Notes: generated from the sequence alone by a model not told the origin. Numbered from the stretch's first letter, positions 50,588 to 60,962 are shown. The stretch: 64,000 nt of DNA from Anaerolineaceae bacterium (GCA_020350285.1 CP070708.1:1650992-1714991); one strand, 5' to 3'. Made by a program: numbers and translations.

Positions 50588-51796
50588 GTGGAAATTAATG
50601 AATTTGCCACAAAAGCACAGTCATATTTGAAGACCTTTTGTGGTGTGAAACCAAACAGACGGACGGGCTCTCCGGGTAATAGGCAAGCGACGGGTTTCTT
50701 TGCAGACATCATCCGCCCGTTTGGATATGAGATCGATGCTACCCCTTTTGAATGTCTAGACTACATCTGTGAAGGATCAGCGTTGGCACATGATGAAGAA
50801 GCCTTCGAAGTCTCTGTCAGCCCCTACTCTTTGGGATGCGATGTCTTGGCTGAACTGATCACTGTTTCGACGGTAGAAGAGCTCGAAGCCATCAACTGCG
50901 AGGGTAAGATTCTGTTAATGAGAGGGGAGATCTGTACTGAGCAATTGATGCCAAAGAAATTTGTCTTCTACAACCCGGAGCATCACCAGAAGATCATTGC
51001 CCTTTTGGAGAGCCAGAGACCAGCGGGGATAATTACAGCCACAGCAAAAAGTCCTGAACAGGTAGGGGCGTTATATCCATTTCCGTTGTTTGTCGATGGT
51101 GATTTCGATATCCCAAGTGTCTACTGCCGAGATACTGTTGGTGATAACCTGGCGGCGATGCAGGGCCATTCATTTCGATTGAAGATAAATGCCAGCCGAC
51201 TACCATCGAATGCAACCAACATCATTGCCAGATTGAACGGAGGAGCAGCAAGGAAGGTGGTTATCACTGCACACATCGATGCTTATGAAGACTCGCCGGG
51301 TGCGTCAGACAACGCATCCGGCATTGTCGTGCTGCTTCTTTTAGCTGAGATGCTGTCCGACTACCGAGGGGAGAACTGTATAGAAATCGCGGCTCTCAAC
51401 GGTGAAGATCACTATAGTGCTGGCGGCCAGATGGATTATCTGAAGCGATATGGTGGTGAATTCTCCAGCATCCTGCTTGCTGTAAACATCGATGACGTTG
51501 GTCACAATATTGGGATGTCTTCATACTCGTTCTATGAATGCGCTCCGAAACTGGAGAAAAAAGCAGAAGAAGTATTTCAACGTTTCGATGGTCTTGCTCG
51601 GGGCGAGCAGTGGTTCAGTGGGGATCATATGATCTTTGTACAGAGCGGAGTTCCCGCTATGGCTTTCACGTCTGAAAACATGCCCGAACTGATGAGGACT
51701 GTGACCCATACATCTTCAGATACGCCTGATATCATCGATTGCGACAAACTCGTTGATCTTGCAGAGTCATTAGATGCTTTGGTGCGATCGCTCTAA
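50588..51796 (+). CDS. M28-family metallopeptidase with PA domain
   Basis: AHID, GASDNASG, GED, NIDD, GDH and HTSSD motifs. Confidence 0.9.
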   Translation: MEINEFATKAQSYLKTFCGVKPNRRTGSPGNRQATGFFADIIRPFGYEIDATPFECLDYICEGSALAHDEEAFEVSVSPYSLGCDVLAELITVSTVEELEAINCEGKILLMRGEICTEQLMPKKFVFYNPEHHQKIIALLESQRPAGIITATAKSPEQVGALYPFPLFVDGDFDIPSVYCRDTVGDNLAAMQGHSFRLKINASRLPSNATNIIARLNGGAARKVVITAHIDAYEDSPGASDNASGIVVLLLLAEMLSDYRGENCIEIAALNGEDHYSAGGQMDYLKRYGGEFSSILLAVNIDDVGHNIGMSSYSFYECAPKLEKKAEEVFQRFDGLARGEQWFSGDHMIFVQSGVPAMAFTSENMPELMRTVTHTSSDTPDIIDCDKLVDLAESLDALVRSL

Positions 51797-52237
51797 TACA
51801 TGGAAAACCCGTTGGTCGTCCCACCATGGGGAATTGCAAACGACCTAGATGGTTATTTGTCTCATATAGAAAGCGAAGCGAAGGTAAGATCGGAGTGAAT
51901 AAGCACAATAAGGAAAAGTGGCACACTCTGGCCTAATCAGACATACTGAATCGAGAGGAGAATTCTTACTTGACCCAGAAGAAGGTTGATATCTTCACTC
52001 TCTCGATTACTTTACTCCTGTTAGGTTACCAATCAGCCCCGAATTTCGCCAGCAGTTCATCGAGCGGTTATTTAGGTAAGGCGCATGTGACATGTTATTC
52101 GAACCCGGGGGCGTATGAGGTTTCTAGGCGGCAAGAAACGAGTTAAACATAGCCGTCCGCCTCGCTCATATCTGGACATCTCACAATTAATGCAATGCCG
52201 TTGTCATCCGAAGGTTCGGATAGGGAACAAGTGGAGA

Positions 52238-53224
52238 ATGATCATGTTGAAGAACAACTTGATTGAATCTAAGCATTTCACTACCCATCAGCTGGCAGAA
52301 GGTGTGTACGCCTGCATCCACAAGCCGGGAGGGGCTGCCTATTCAAATGCTGGGATCATCGATCTGGGCGACAGCACCTTACTGGTGGATAGCTTCTATG
52401 CGTTAGTGGCTGGACGCGACCTGCGTCATACTGCAGAAGCATTGTTTAACCGTCCGGTAGAGACGATCATCCTCACCCACGCTCATAGCGACCATTGGGT
52501 AGGCGCTTCAGTCTTCGACGCCAACACGACGTTGTTGGCTAACAAGACTGTCCGAGAGGTTTGTCTTCAGTGGGGAGAGGGGATGATGGAAGATTTCAAA
52601 AACCCTGCCGGATGGGAAACGTGGATCAATGAAATGGAGCAACAATTACAGACTGAGCAAGATGAACGTGTACGTGTCAGTCTTGAAAACACAATCACAC
52701 GTGCTCGCTATACCTTGGCCGAAATGGGGGAATTCCAACCACGTTACGCCGATCAAACATTTGAAGACGTGGTTAATTTTCAAGGGATTGCGCGAAACGC
52801 TGAACTGCGTTCATTAGGCCGCGGGCACTCGGAGGATGATGCTGTCTTACTGCTCTCAGAGGACAGAATCGCATTCATCGGTGATATCGGCTTCTTTGAT
52901 TCTCAGCCTTTCTTTGGTTTCTGTGACATCGACCTCTATCGTGAGCAGCTTCTGTTCTTCCAGGAATCTGAGTTTCAGGTGCTGGTTCCCGGTCATGGCC
53001 CGGTGGGGGATGAGAATGATATCGCTTTACAGCTCAGATATTTCGATGTAATGGAAGACCTGGTTAGTGAGGTGGCACAAAGGGGAGGCTCGTTTGAAGA
53101 AGCCTTGCAGGTTGCCTTGCCTGAACCTTTTGACAAATGGTTGGTAGGAGGTATGGAGAGGTTCGGGGTCAATGTGCGATACTTATTCGCCCATTATGGT
53201 GGAGAGGTGCCGGAGGAGGAGTGA
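52238..53224 (+). CDS. MBL-fold metallo-hydrolase (cyclase-like)
   Basis: THAHSDHW, GHS, GD and VPGHG motifs. Confidence 0.9.
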   Translation: MIMLKNNLIESKHFTTHQLAEGVYACIHKPGGAAYSNAGIIDLGDSTLLVDSFYALVAGRDLRHTAEALFNRPVETIILTHAHSDHWVGASVFDANTTLLANKTVREVCLQWGEGMMEDFKNPAGWETWINEMEQQLQTEQDERVRVSLENTITRARYTLAEMGEFQPRYADQTFEDVVNFQGIARNAELRSLGRGHSEDDAVLLLSEDRIAFIGDIGFFDSQPFFGFCDIDLYREQLLFFQESEFQVLVPGHGPVGDENDIALQLRYFDVMEDLVSEVAQRGGSFEEALQVALPEPFDKWLVGGMERFGVNVRYLFAHYGGEVPEEE

Positions 53225-53386
53225 GATAAAAAGAGAGTATTACGCTGCTCTCAAAGTGGATTACTTAAATTTGTCTATCAGGAAACTTGAGTTCGTCGAG
53301 AAGCATGCTATGAGATTATTCGATGAACTTTTCAGGCCTCGCTTGAAGAATGTATCCACGATTTGAAACGAAGGATACGAGAAGCA

Positions 53387-54430
53387 ATGAATCGCCGACG
53401 ATTTTTTCTCGGAGCATTAATCACATTTCTTGTCCTCCTCATGGGTTTGGGAATCTTGTATGTCCTCATGCCTAAGATGGGCTATTGCTTTGGTACAGCA
53501 GTATCAGAGACCGGTGACCGTGTTCTGGTTACCGCGGGGTACCGCGGGCTCCATTCCTTCGAGATCACGAGGGAAGGGGAATTGGTGCTCCACTCGACTG
53601 TCTATGATGGAGGATACTATCGCTACGTGGAGCTACTCGGTCACACGGCATATGTGGCGAACAGTCACCGTGGTTTAATGATTCTTGATGTCTCTGAGGA
53701 CGAACCTGCGGTCGTGTGGTCACAGTCTGACTCAAAGGCATATGGTGTTCACCTACAGCCTCCATTGGCTTACGTGGCTGCTGAAAAGGACGGACTATTC
53801 ATTTTCGATGTCTCTGCCCCTGAGGGACCAAAAATCCTTGGTCGTGTTTCGGTGCCAGGCCGAGCCTGGGATGTCTGGGTGGAAGGCAACCATGCGTTTG
53901 TAGCCGATGCTGATAGCGGCTTGGTTGTGATAGATGTCTCCTCTCCTGGACATCCACAGGTTGTTAGTACTCTTACGTGGGATCCAGAGTCATCAAGTGC
54001 AGAGATCATCGATGGTCGAGATGGCACTTTGTATATAGCTTCGGGTGAATTTGGTCTCATGGTGGTCGATGTCGGAGATCCCTTAGATCCGCTGATTGCG
54101 TACCGCTATGATCCTGGCCCAGATAGCTACGGGGAGGGGGTGAGGGTGTACGGTGATACCTTGTACGTCACGATCGAAGATGGTTCGCATCCAGAAGAGA
54201 ACGGGTTACATGTCTTCAATATCGAAGATCCACTCTCTCCTACCTTGGTCCGGAAAATCCCGGTCTCAGATTTCGTGGAAGCTGTCTCAATAGGGGGAAA
54301 TCATTTAGCGATCGCTAACACGCAGTCGGGCGTTTTACTCTATGACATACAAATCCCACATAATCCACACTTGTTGACCAGTTATCCCTCAGCATTCTGG
54401 CGGATGCTGACGTCACGCCTCAGATGGTGA
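53387..54430 (+). CDS. LVIVD-repeat beta-propeller protein with N-terminal anchor
   Basis: Repeated AYVA...GL.I.DVS.P..P units. Confidence 0.88.
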   Translation: MNRRRFFLGALITFLVLLMGLGILYVLMPKMGYCFGTAVSETGDRVLVTAGYRGLHSFEITREGELVLHSTVYDGGYYRYVELLGHTAYVANSHRGLMILDVSEDEPAVVWSQSDSKAYGVHLQPPLAYVAAEKDGLFIFDVSAPEGPKILGRVSVPGRAWDVWVEGNHAFVADADSGLVVIDVSSPGHPQVVSTLTWDPESSSAEIIDGRDGTLYIASGEFGLMVVDVGDPLDPLIAYRYDPGPDSYGEGVRVYGDTLYVTIEDGSHPEENGLHVFNIEDPLSPTLVRKIPVSDFVEAVSIGGNHLAIANTQSGVLLYDIQIPHNPHLLTSYPSAFWRMLTSRLRW

Positions 54431-54743
54431 AATCATTAGAAGGAAATTGAGCTCATTCAGGGAATTTCGCGTAATTACAATTAAGTGTCCAAAGATCACG
54501 CTAAAGATTAGCCGCGTGTCTAATTTAAAGATCATCCAGATGACCGATGCATCTGGTGGTCATTCGACATAGATTAATTCAAAAGTATAGAGTCATTATC
54601 GCTTCTGGCCTGATTTCTCCCTGGCAGCACGAAGCCCTGATTTCGATTCGAAGGGTAGCGAAGGTGGCTAGTTAAAGCCGAAGCCACCATCTAAAAGTTG
54701 CAGTAACCGATAATCTCCTCCTTACGAAATTGAGGTACGAGAA

Positions 54744-56306
54744 ATGAAATGGAAACTGTTATTTACCTCCCTCCTTGCCTCTATCCTGCTTAGCGGTAGT
54801 CTTTCGAACAACCTTAAGATACTCGCTCCTCCATACGTTCATGCCGACAATCTCGACACCAATCATTCATGTTCTTCATTTTGTCTTGATAACGGCGATC
54901 ATTGCATCTTTGGAGCCAATCAGGACAACCAGATCGATATCGGCCAGATATTTGTAAACAAACGCAATGTCCTAAAAACAGCATGGGATCCGAGCACGAC
55001 GGGCGAATATGCTCGTTGGATATCTAAGTATGGCAGTGTAACGGTCGTCCACGCTGGATACCAAATGGCATGGGCCGGGATGAATGAGGCAGGATTGATG
55101 ATCAGTACGATGGCGCTTGCCGCAACCCAGAATCCAGCTCCTGACGAAAGACCTCCTCTCGCATCTTCTTTTTGGGCTCAGTATCAATTGGACAATCACA
55201 GCACAATAGATGAAGTGATCGCGAGTGATCCGCTGGTCCGTATCCATGACACCGTCGATCATTACCTGGTTTGTGATCGAAATGGTGATTGTGCAACCAT
55301 TGAGTTTTTAGAAGGTAAGATGGTCGTTCACTCAGGCGAGATGCTACCAGTGAAGGCGTTGACCAACAGCACTTATCGTGAGGCGTTCGACTTCTGGGAA
55401 GAAGGGGGTTTGATTAGGGGAATTCTGGTTCATGAAGTGGGGCCTGATAGTCCAATTGGTAAAGCAGGTATTAGAGCGGGAGATTGGATCACCGCAATAG
55501 GTGATGTGAAGTTGGATGGCGATAATCCTGTTGCAACGCTCATTTCCGAAATTAACACAAACTACGAGGGTGGAGATGAAGTACATCTTTCCGTTCTACA
55601 CCAAGGAGATCAGGAACCTGTGACCGTCTCGCTTGAGTTGAAGTCCTACACGACAGAGGAGGGCGAAGAGGTTCTGATCTTAGGTCGAATCGCACTATCC
55701 TCGGGTAACTCACTCTATCGCTTTGTCACCTTAGCGGAAAGACTAATAGCCTATGAAGTATCAAATACAGTGCAAGCCGTCACGTATGCCTTCGAGACCT
55801 TAGCGGAGGTTGCTGGCGAGAGCAATGCCTGGCAGCTTGTTTTCGATCCAGAAGATTTCATGCTCTATTTGCGTTCGAATGGGAATCCTGCAATCCGCTA
55901 TGTTGATTTCAGCCAACTTGATTTCTCCTGCCAAACCCCAGTTACTATGTTGGATGTGCACACGGGTGGACCAGGCGCCATCAATAGTGATTTATATCCT
56001 TATGACAATAAAGTTAGTTTGGCTCACGCCATCGAGTTTTTCGATCTTTATGAACGGATAGAAATCTCGCCGTTACTTTTGGGTGTCCTGCTTAGCGGTC
56101 TTGAACGCTTCCCATGTATGGAGGGTAATCAAGCCGCAATGGAAGAACCAGCGCTTTATCTGGATGAACATCACCCTCTTATCCCCCCAAGGATCGAATG
56201 GATCTTCATCTGGATCCTTCAAGGGTTTTGGCCTGTGTGGATCTTCTTGATTGTGGCTTCCCTCATTCTTGTTTTCCGGCGTCGAAACGTAAGGAAGGCC
56301 GACTAA
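54744..56306 (+). CDS. Secreted, C-terminally anchored Ntn hydrolase (linear amide C-N hydrolase family) with inserted PDZ domain
   Basis: Signal peptide, CSSF nucleophile, GANQD, GMNEAGL and LTNS; PDZ segment SPIGKAGIRAGDWITAI; C-terminal TM helix. Confidence 0.82.
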   Translation: MKWKLLFTSLLASILLSGSLSNNLKILAPPYVHADNLDTNHSCSSFCLDNGDHCIFGANQDNQIDIGQIFVNKRNVLKTAWDPSTTGEYARWISKYGSVTVVHAGYQMAWAGMNEAGLMISTMALAATQNPAPDERPPLASSFWAQYQLDNHSTIDEVIASDPLVRIHDTVDHYLVCDRNGDCATIEFLEGKMVVHSGEMLPVKALTNSTYREAFDFWEEGGLIRGILVHEVGPDSPIGKAGIRAGDWITAIGDVKLDGDNPVATLISEINTNYEGGDEVHLSVLHQGDQEPVTVSLELKSYTTEEGEEVLILGRIALSSGNSLYRFVTLAERLIAYEVSNTVQAVTYAFETLAEVAGESNAWQLVFDPEDFMLYLRSNGNPAIRYVDFSQLDFSCQTPVTMLDVHTGGPGAINSDLYPYDNKVSLAHAIEFFDLYERIEISPLLLGVLLSGLERFPCMEGNQAAMEEPALYLDEHHPLIPPRIEWIFIWILQGFWPVWIFLIVASLILVFRRRNVRKAD

Positions 56307-56354
56307 AAGAGGGGACCATTGTTTCTGCACATATTGAATAAGATAAGGAGAATC

Positions 56355-59030
56355 ATGTCATCCTATTCTATATTCCATATCATCCACAGACGAACTCCCC
56401 GCTTAATTCCCATACTGATGATCTGCTTGACTCTGATAGTTGGGTGTGGAAAAAACGAACCTGCGGTGATTGCCATCCCGATTTCAGCGACACCGGCTCC
56501 ATCTGCGACAAAAACCCTTCCGCAAACTCAAGTTCCCACAGTAGTGCCTACCGAAGCAACAACGCCCACCCCCAAACCAGCGACGAAACCTGGCGTTAGA
56601 ACTTACGGTGGGAGTTACAACGATTATCTCTTCGACATTCTGTTCCTCGCTGATGGAGGCACTCTTCTTGCGGGACAGACGAACAACACAGGGCTTTCGG
56701 CCCGGATTTCCCCCGGAAACGCTCACCTGATCCGGACAAATTCAGAAGGGGACATCATCTGGGAGAGGGACTACGGTGGTGATGACGACGCCTTGCTCTA
56801 CTCCCTTATCCAGGTTGGTGAGGACGAATATGTTGCCCTGGGTCAGATCGCCGCGTCGTATGCCAGGGATGAGATGGACATGTACCTGATCAAGATCGAT
56901 GGAGATGGTAATGAGATCTGGTCTCATACATACGGAGGGCGCGGTATGGATCATTCCATGATGGTCCGCCAGACGTCTGATGGGGGGTATATATTGGTCG
57001 GCAGTCGGGCTGATGAGTTTCCCACCGGTAACCAGTACGAAGCTGATGTTGTGCTTATCAAGACGGATGCCGAGGGTAACGAGATTTGGACGCATACCTA
57101 TGGAGACAAGATTCTCTCTGCGGGGTGGGGGGTGGAACCGACACCCGATGGTGGGTACGTCCTCATTGGTTGGGAGGCAAAAACCTACCCTGACAGAGAT
57201 GTCATCGCGATCAAGACCAACGAGATGGGCGATGTCGAGTGGTCTCGCACCTGGGATCTTGATCCTGGAGATCGAGACGCGGGACACGATTTGATCCTGA
57301 CCTCTGATGGGCACATTGTGATCGCCTGTATTCAGTCCATGAACAGTGGCCTACGCAGAGCAGTTCTGGTGAAGGTCGATCTGGATGGGAACGAGATCTG
57401 GGTAAAGGATTATGGTGAAGAAAGTGTGGGGAATGAATTCTGGGACATCATGGAGGATAAAGATGGGGGGTACGTTATGGCGGGGGCTACGCTCCCGGGT
57501 GAGGTTTCCTCTACCGGACAAGATATCCGCAATGGGCTAGTCATCAAAACCAGCCCGGATGGTGAAATCCTCTGGAAGTACATCCTCGAGATGGATGAAT
57601 ATGATCAAAACATGTTCAGTTCGGCTGTCGTTCTGCCTGATGGTGAATACATCTTCGTTGGAAGAGCTACTCGTAAGGGTGGGCGCTATGCGGACATGTT
57701 GTGGTTCAAGCTGAAGAATGATGACATTGTCCATAGCAGTGGTGATGGTGATGATGAACCTACCACAATGACCTACGGCGGATCGTATAACGACAGAGCC
57801 TTCGATGTTCTGATGATAGAAGACGGGGGTATGTTGATCGGGGGATTGGCAAACAACACTCATCGTTCTCACCGCATCACCCCAGGAAATGCTCGCCTGA
57901 TCCGGACTGATATGGATGGCAACATCGTCTGGGAAAGGGATTATGGGGGAGAGGATGACGCCATGTTAACATCCATCATTCAAGTGGAGGATGGTGAATA
58001 TGTGCTACTTGGCCAGATCGCCGCGTCGTATGCCAGGGATGAGACGGATATGTACTTGGTCAAGGTCGATGGCGAGGGTAATGAAATCTGGTCGCATACA
58101 TATGGGGGGCGTGGCATGGACCATGCCAAGATGGTTCGCCAGACATCGGATGGTGGATACATCTTAATCGGCAGTCGGGCGGACGAATTTCCGACATCGG
58201 GCGTCTACCAGGGCGATATTGCTCTTATTAAGACTGATGCTGAAGGCAACCGGGTATGGTCGCGAAATTATGGAGACGAGATCCTCTACCTGGGATGGGG
58301 TGTCGCACAAACACCTGATGGAGGTTACATCCTCACCGGTTGGGAGGCGAAGACGATCGATGATCGGGATGTCATCGCGATCAAGACTAACGAGATCGGT
58401 TACGTAGAGTGGTCCCGCACCTGGGATCTTGGTCCTGAGGAACGAGACGGGGGATTTGACCTAATCTTAACTTCTGATGGATACATCGTGATCGCCTGCA
58501 TTCAATCGATGGGAAGCGGTGCACCCAGCGCGGTCCTGTTAAAGCTTGATCTGGAAGGGAACGAGATCTGGAACAAACTCATTGGTGAAGAAGGTGTGGG
58601 CAATACGTTTTGGCACATCATGGAGGATACAGATGGCGGGTACCTTATGGCTGGGGATACCCACCTGGGCAAGGTGCCCTCGACGGGAGAAGACATTCAC
58701 GGCGGGCTGATGGTCAAAACCGATACAGATGGAGAGATCATCTGGCAACGCGTGTTTGGTGAGGGGCAATATGAGCAGGTATCGTTCAATTCGGCTGCAC
58801 TGCTTCCTGATGGTGGGTATGTCTTCGTAGGCTATGTCACACACTACGACGAGGAATACTCGGACATGCTGTGGCTGAAAATAACAGACACAGGGGAGGT
58901 GATCGCGTTTATTTCCGAACGGGATGGTAATGCCGAAATCTACATCATGAATACAGACAGCAGCAATCCGCAGCGGCTGACAAACGATCCTGCATACGAT
59001 GCATGGCCTGTCTGGTCGCCCGATGGCTAG
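56355..59030 (+). CDS. Lipoprotein with two tandem beta-propeller domains and a truncated TolB/PD40 tail
   Basis: LIVGC lipobox, P/T linker, many K.D..GN..W..TYGG blades, ends AWPVWSPDG*. Confidence 0.85.
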   Translation: MSSYSIFHIIHRRTPRLIPILMICLTLIVGCGKNEPAVIAIPISATPAPSATKTLPQTQVPTVVPTEATTPTPKPATKPGVRTYGGSYNDYLFDILFLADGGTLLAGQTNNTGLSARISPGNAHLIRTNSEGDIIWERDYGGDDDALLYSLIQVGEDEYVALGQIAASYARDEMDMYLIKIDGDGNEIWSHTYGGRGMDHSMMVRQTSDGGYILVGSRADEFPTGNQYEADVVLIKTDAEGNEIWTHTYGDKILSAGWGVEPTPDGGYVLIGWEAKTYPDRDVIAIKTNEMGDVEWSRTWDLDPGDRDAGHDLILTSDGHIVIACIQSMNSGLRRAVLVKVDLDGNEIWVKDYGEESVGNEFWDIMEDKDGGYVMAGATLPGEVSSTGQDIRNGLVIKTSPDGEILWKYILEMDEYDQNMFSSAVVLPDGEYIFVGRATRKGGRYADMLWFKLKNDDIVHSSGDGDDEPTTMTYGGSYNDRAFDVLMIEDGGMLIGGLANNTHRSHRITPGNARLIRTDMDGNIVWERDYGGEDDAMLTSIIQVEDGEYVLLGQIAASYARDETDMYLVKVDGEGNEIWSHTYGGRGMDHAKMVRQTSDGGYILIGSRADEFPTSGVYQGDIALIKTDAEGNRVWSRNYGDEILYLGWGVAQTPDGGYILTGWEAKTIDDRDVIAIKTNEIGYVEWSRTWDLGPEERDGGFDLILTSDGYIVIACIQSMGSGAPSAVLLKLDLEGNEIWNKLIGEEGVGNTFWHIMEDTDGGYLMAGDTHLGKVPSTGEDIHGGLMVKTDTDGEIIWQRVFGEGQYEQVSFNSAALLPDGGYVFVGYVTHYDEEYSDMLWLKITDTGEVIAFISERDGNAEIYIMNTDSSNPQRLTNDPAYDAWPVWSPDG
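56601..58883 (+). repeat. Intragenic tandem duplication, 1170-bp offset
   Basis: TYGGSYND at 56601 and 57771; a 31-nt exact match at 56844 and 58014. Confidence 0.92.
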
Positions 59031-59048
59031 GGAAGAGAGGATTCCTGA

Positions 59049-59945
59049 ATGGTGATTAAACATCGGCAGTACAGTGGCCCCGATGATTTTGCGCTGGTTG
59101 GGGATTTTCTGATTTCGGTCTACCGACCCGGGAACAAGGACGGTAACTGGCTGCAACCTACTTGGGAATACATGCATAGCCACCCTAACCTCGATGAATC
59201 GTCGCTTAGCAAGATTCGTATATGGGAAGAATCTGATGAGATCGTGGCCGTAGTGAATTATGAAAGCACATTGGGTGAGGTGTTCTTTCAGACACATCCC
59301 AAGCACACACATCTTAAACAAGATATGCTTGACTATGCTGAAACCCATCTTTATGGAGAAACTGAAACCGGGAACAGATTTGTGCGTGCGTTTGTAAATG
59401 ACTTCGACATCGAATTGGAAACGTTGGTCCAATCGCGCGGTTATGAGATGGCTGGAAAATACACACGTCCAATTTCAGAGTTTTTAATCCCACAACAATT
59501 TCCTCCCGTGGAACTCCTTGAAGGATTTCATATCAAGAGTCTTGCAGATGATAACGATCTGATGAAAATCCATCGTGTCTTATGGCGCGGTTTCGATCAT
59601 GCCGGAGAGCCACCGGAAGAAGGGATCGAATGGCGTAAGAAAATGCAATCCACACCGAATTTTAGGAAGGACTTGACGATCGTTGTTGAAGCCCCGTCAG
59701 GGGATTTCGTTTCATTTAGTGGTACATGGTATGAGTCGGTCAACAAGATTGCATATGTTGAGCCTGTGGCGACCGATCCGGATTACCGTCGCATGGGTTT
59801 AGGAAAAGCTGCGGTACTAGAAGGGGTACGTCGATGTGGAGCACTTGGAGCCACGGTAGCCTATGTGGGATCTGACATGAAGTTCTATCAAGCGATGGGC
59901 TTCACAAAGAACTTTGACAGTAACTGTTGGATAAAACATTTCTGA
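59049..59945 (+). CDS. GNAT-family acetyltransferase (two-domain)
   Basis: VEPVATDPDYRRMGLGKA and FYQAMGF motifs. Confidence 0.9.
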   Translation: MVIKHRQYSGPDDFALVGDFLISVYRPGNKDGNWLQPTWEYMHSHPNLDESSLSKIRIWEESDEIVAVVNYESTLGEVFFQTHPKHTHLKQDMLDYAETHLYGETETGNRFVRAFVNDFDIELETLVQSRGYEMAGKYTRPISEFLIPQQFPPVELLEGFHIKSLADDNDLMKIHRVLWRGFDHAGEPPEEGIEWRKKMQSTPNFRKDLTIVVEAPSGDFVSFSGTWYESVNKIAYVEPVATDPDYRRMGLGKAAVLEGVRRCGALGATVAYVGSDMKFYQAMGFTKNFDSNCWIKHF

Positions 59946-60054
59946 GTTTAGACATGTGATTGGTTAGCAGGGCTCGTAGTGAACCGCTTGTTGTTCTGAT
60001 AAACTGAAATAATAAAATGCACAGAATCCAAAAAAAATCGAAAGGGGTTGAACG

Positions 60055-60315
60055 ATGGAGGAGGAGAAGTATCAGGTAGGCGAGCTGGTGACATTTATAA
60101 GTGGAGAGTGGAAGGGTTTTTCAGGCGTGGTGAGTTGGCTCATTACCAAGGATGAGGCAGGTTATGTTCTCGTATGCTCGGAAGGGCAAGTCGCAGGTAT
60201 CCCTACGTCGTTCGAAGATATAGTGCCAGCTGATGAAACAGCTAAAGGTTACACTCAACTTGCTTACCAGCTCATCAAGCTTTCGAGTCACCTGATCGAA
60301 ACGACTATCATGTAA
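60055..60315 (+). CDS. Small hypothetical protein with KOW-like motif
   Basis: YQVGELVTFISGEWKGFSGVV; SD AAGGGG. Confidence 0.6.
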   Translation: MEEEKYQVGELVTFISGEWKGFSGVVSWLITKDEAGYVLVCSEGQVAGIPTSFEDIVPADETAKGYTQLAYQLIKLSSHLIETTIM

Positions 60316-60316
60316 A

Positions 60317-60564
60317 CGGTAGCCAGTAGTCAGTAATCAGTAGTCAGAGAGGAGCTGTCAGCGATAAGCTATCAGCTTTCAGCCACCATCGAATAGGTTA
60401 TCGTCAATTCTTACTTTGAGTTCGATACAGTAAAGCGAAAATATAAAGGTTCATTCTATTAGTTGATGCTTGACCATTGAAAGCTGACAGCTGATTGCTG
60501 AAGGCTCATTATTAACATCTGTAAGCTGAAGTCTGACTACTGACTACTGACGTCTGAGTACTGA
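60317..60564. repeat. Nested inverted heptamer tandem repeats
   Basis: (CAGTAGT)n and (AGCTRTC)n runs on the left are mirrored by (TGANAGC)n and (CTGACTA)n runs on the right. Confidence 0.88.
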
Positions 60565-60638
60565 TTTCTGGGTTCCCCCCAATCCTTTACACCTGCTACA
60601 ATAATGCGGAATTCGATACCATACAAGGAGTTCAGAAA

Positions 60639-60926
60639 ATGGGAGCCGTCCGACGGTTGGTCCTCGACACGCTTAAACCACACACGCCCAACATCATTGA
60701 GTTAGCAAAGGAAATAAGTGATCTAGCCGGCGTGGACTCTGTCAATATCAGCATATATGAAATCGACCGCAAGGTGGAGAACGCTAAGATCACTATCGAA
60801 GGCCCGGATATCAAATATGCTGCCGTAGAGTCATTAATCCGCGATTTGGGGGGGACAATCCACTCCATCGACGAAGCTGTCGCTGGTCAATCGATTATCG
60901 ATGACGCCCCTACGCTGCAGGATTGA
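60639..60926 (+). CDS. DUF211-family protein
   Basis: RRLVLDTLKPH.P...GG.IHSIDE..AG signature. Confidence 0.9.
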   Translation: MGAVRRLVLDTLKPHTPNIIELAKEISDLAGVDSVNISIYEIDRKVENAKITIEGPDIKYAAVESLIRDLGGTIHSIDEAVAGQSIIDDAPTLQD

Positions 60927-60962
60927 AACTAATCAGGATAACATCACCCTCAGGAAAATAAC

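Noticed and set aside
56601..58883. Diversity-generating retroelement TR/VR pair
   Set aside because: Both copies are in-frame coding, differences are not adenine-specific, and no reverse transcriptase is present.
59028..59048. Pyrrolysine or amber readthrough of the propeller gene
   Set aside because: The frame after TAG reads GREDS then stops, with no continuation of PD40 repeats.
58539..59432. 297-aa minus-strand ORF
   Set aside because: Antisense to two well-supported genes and has no recognisable motifs.
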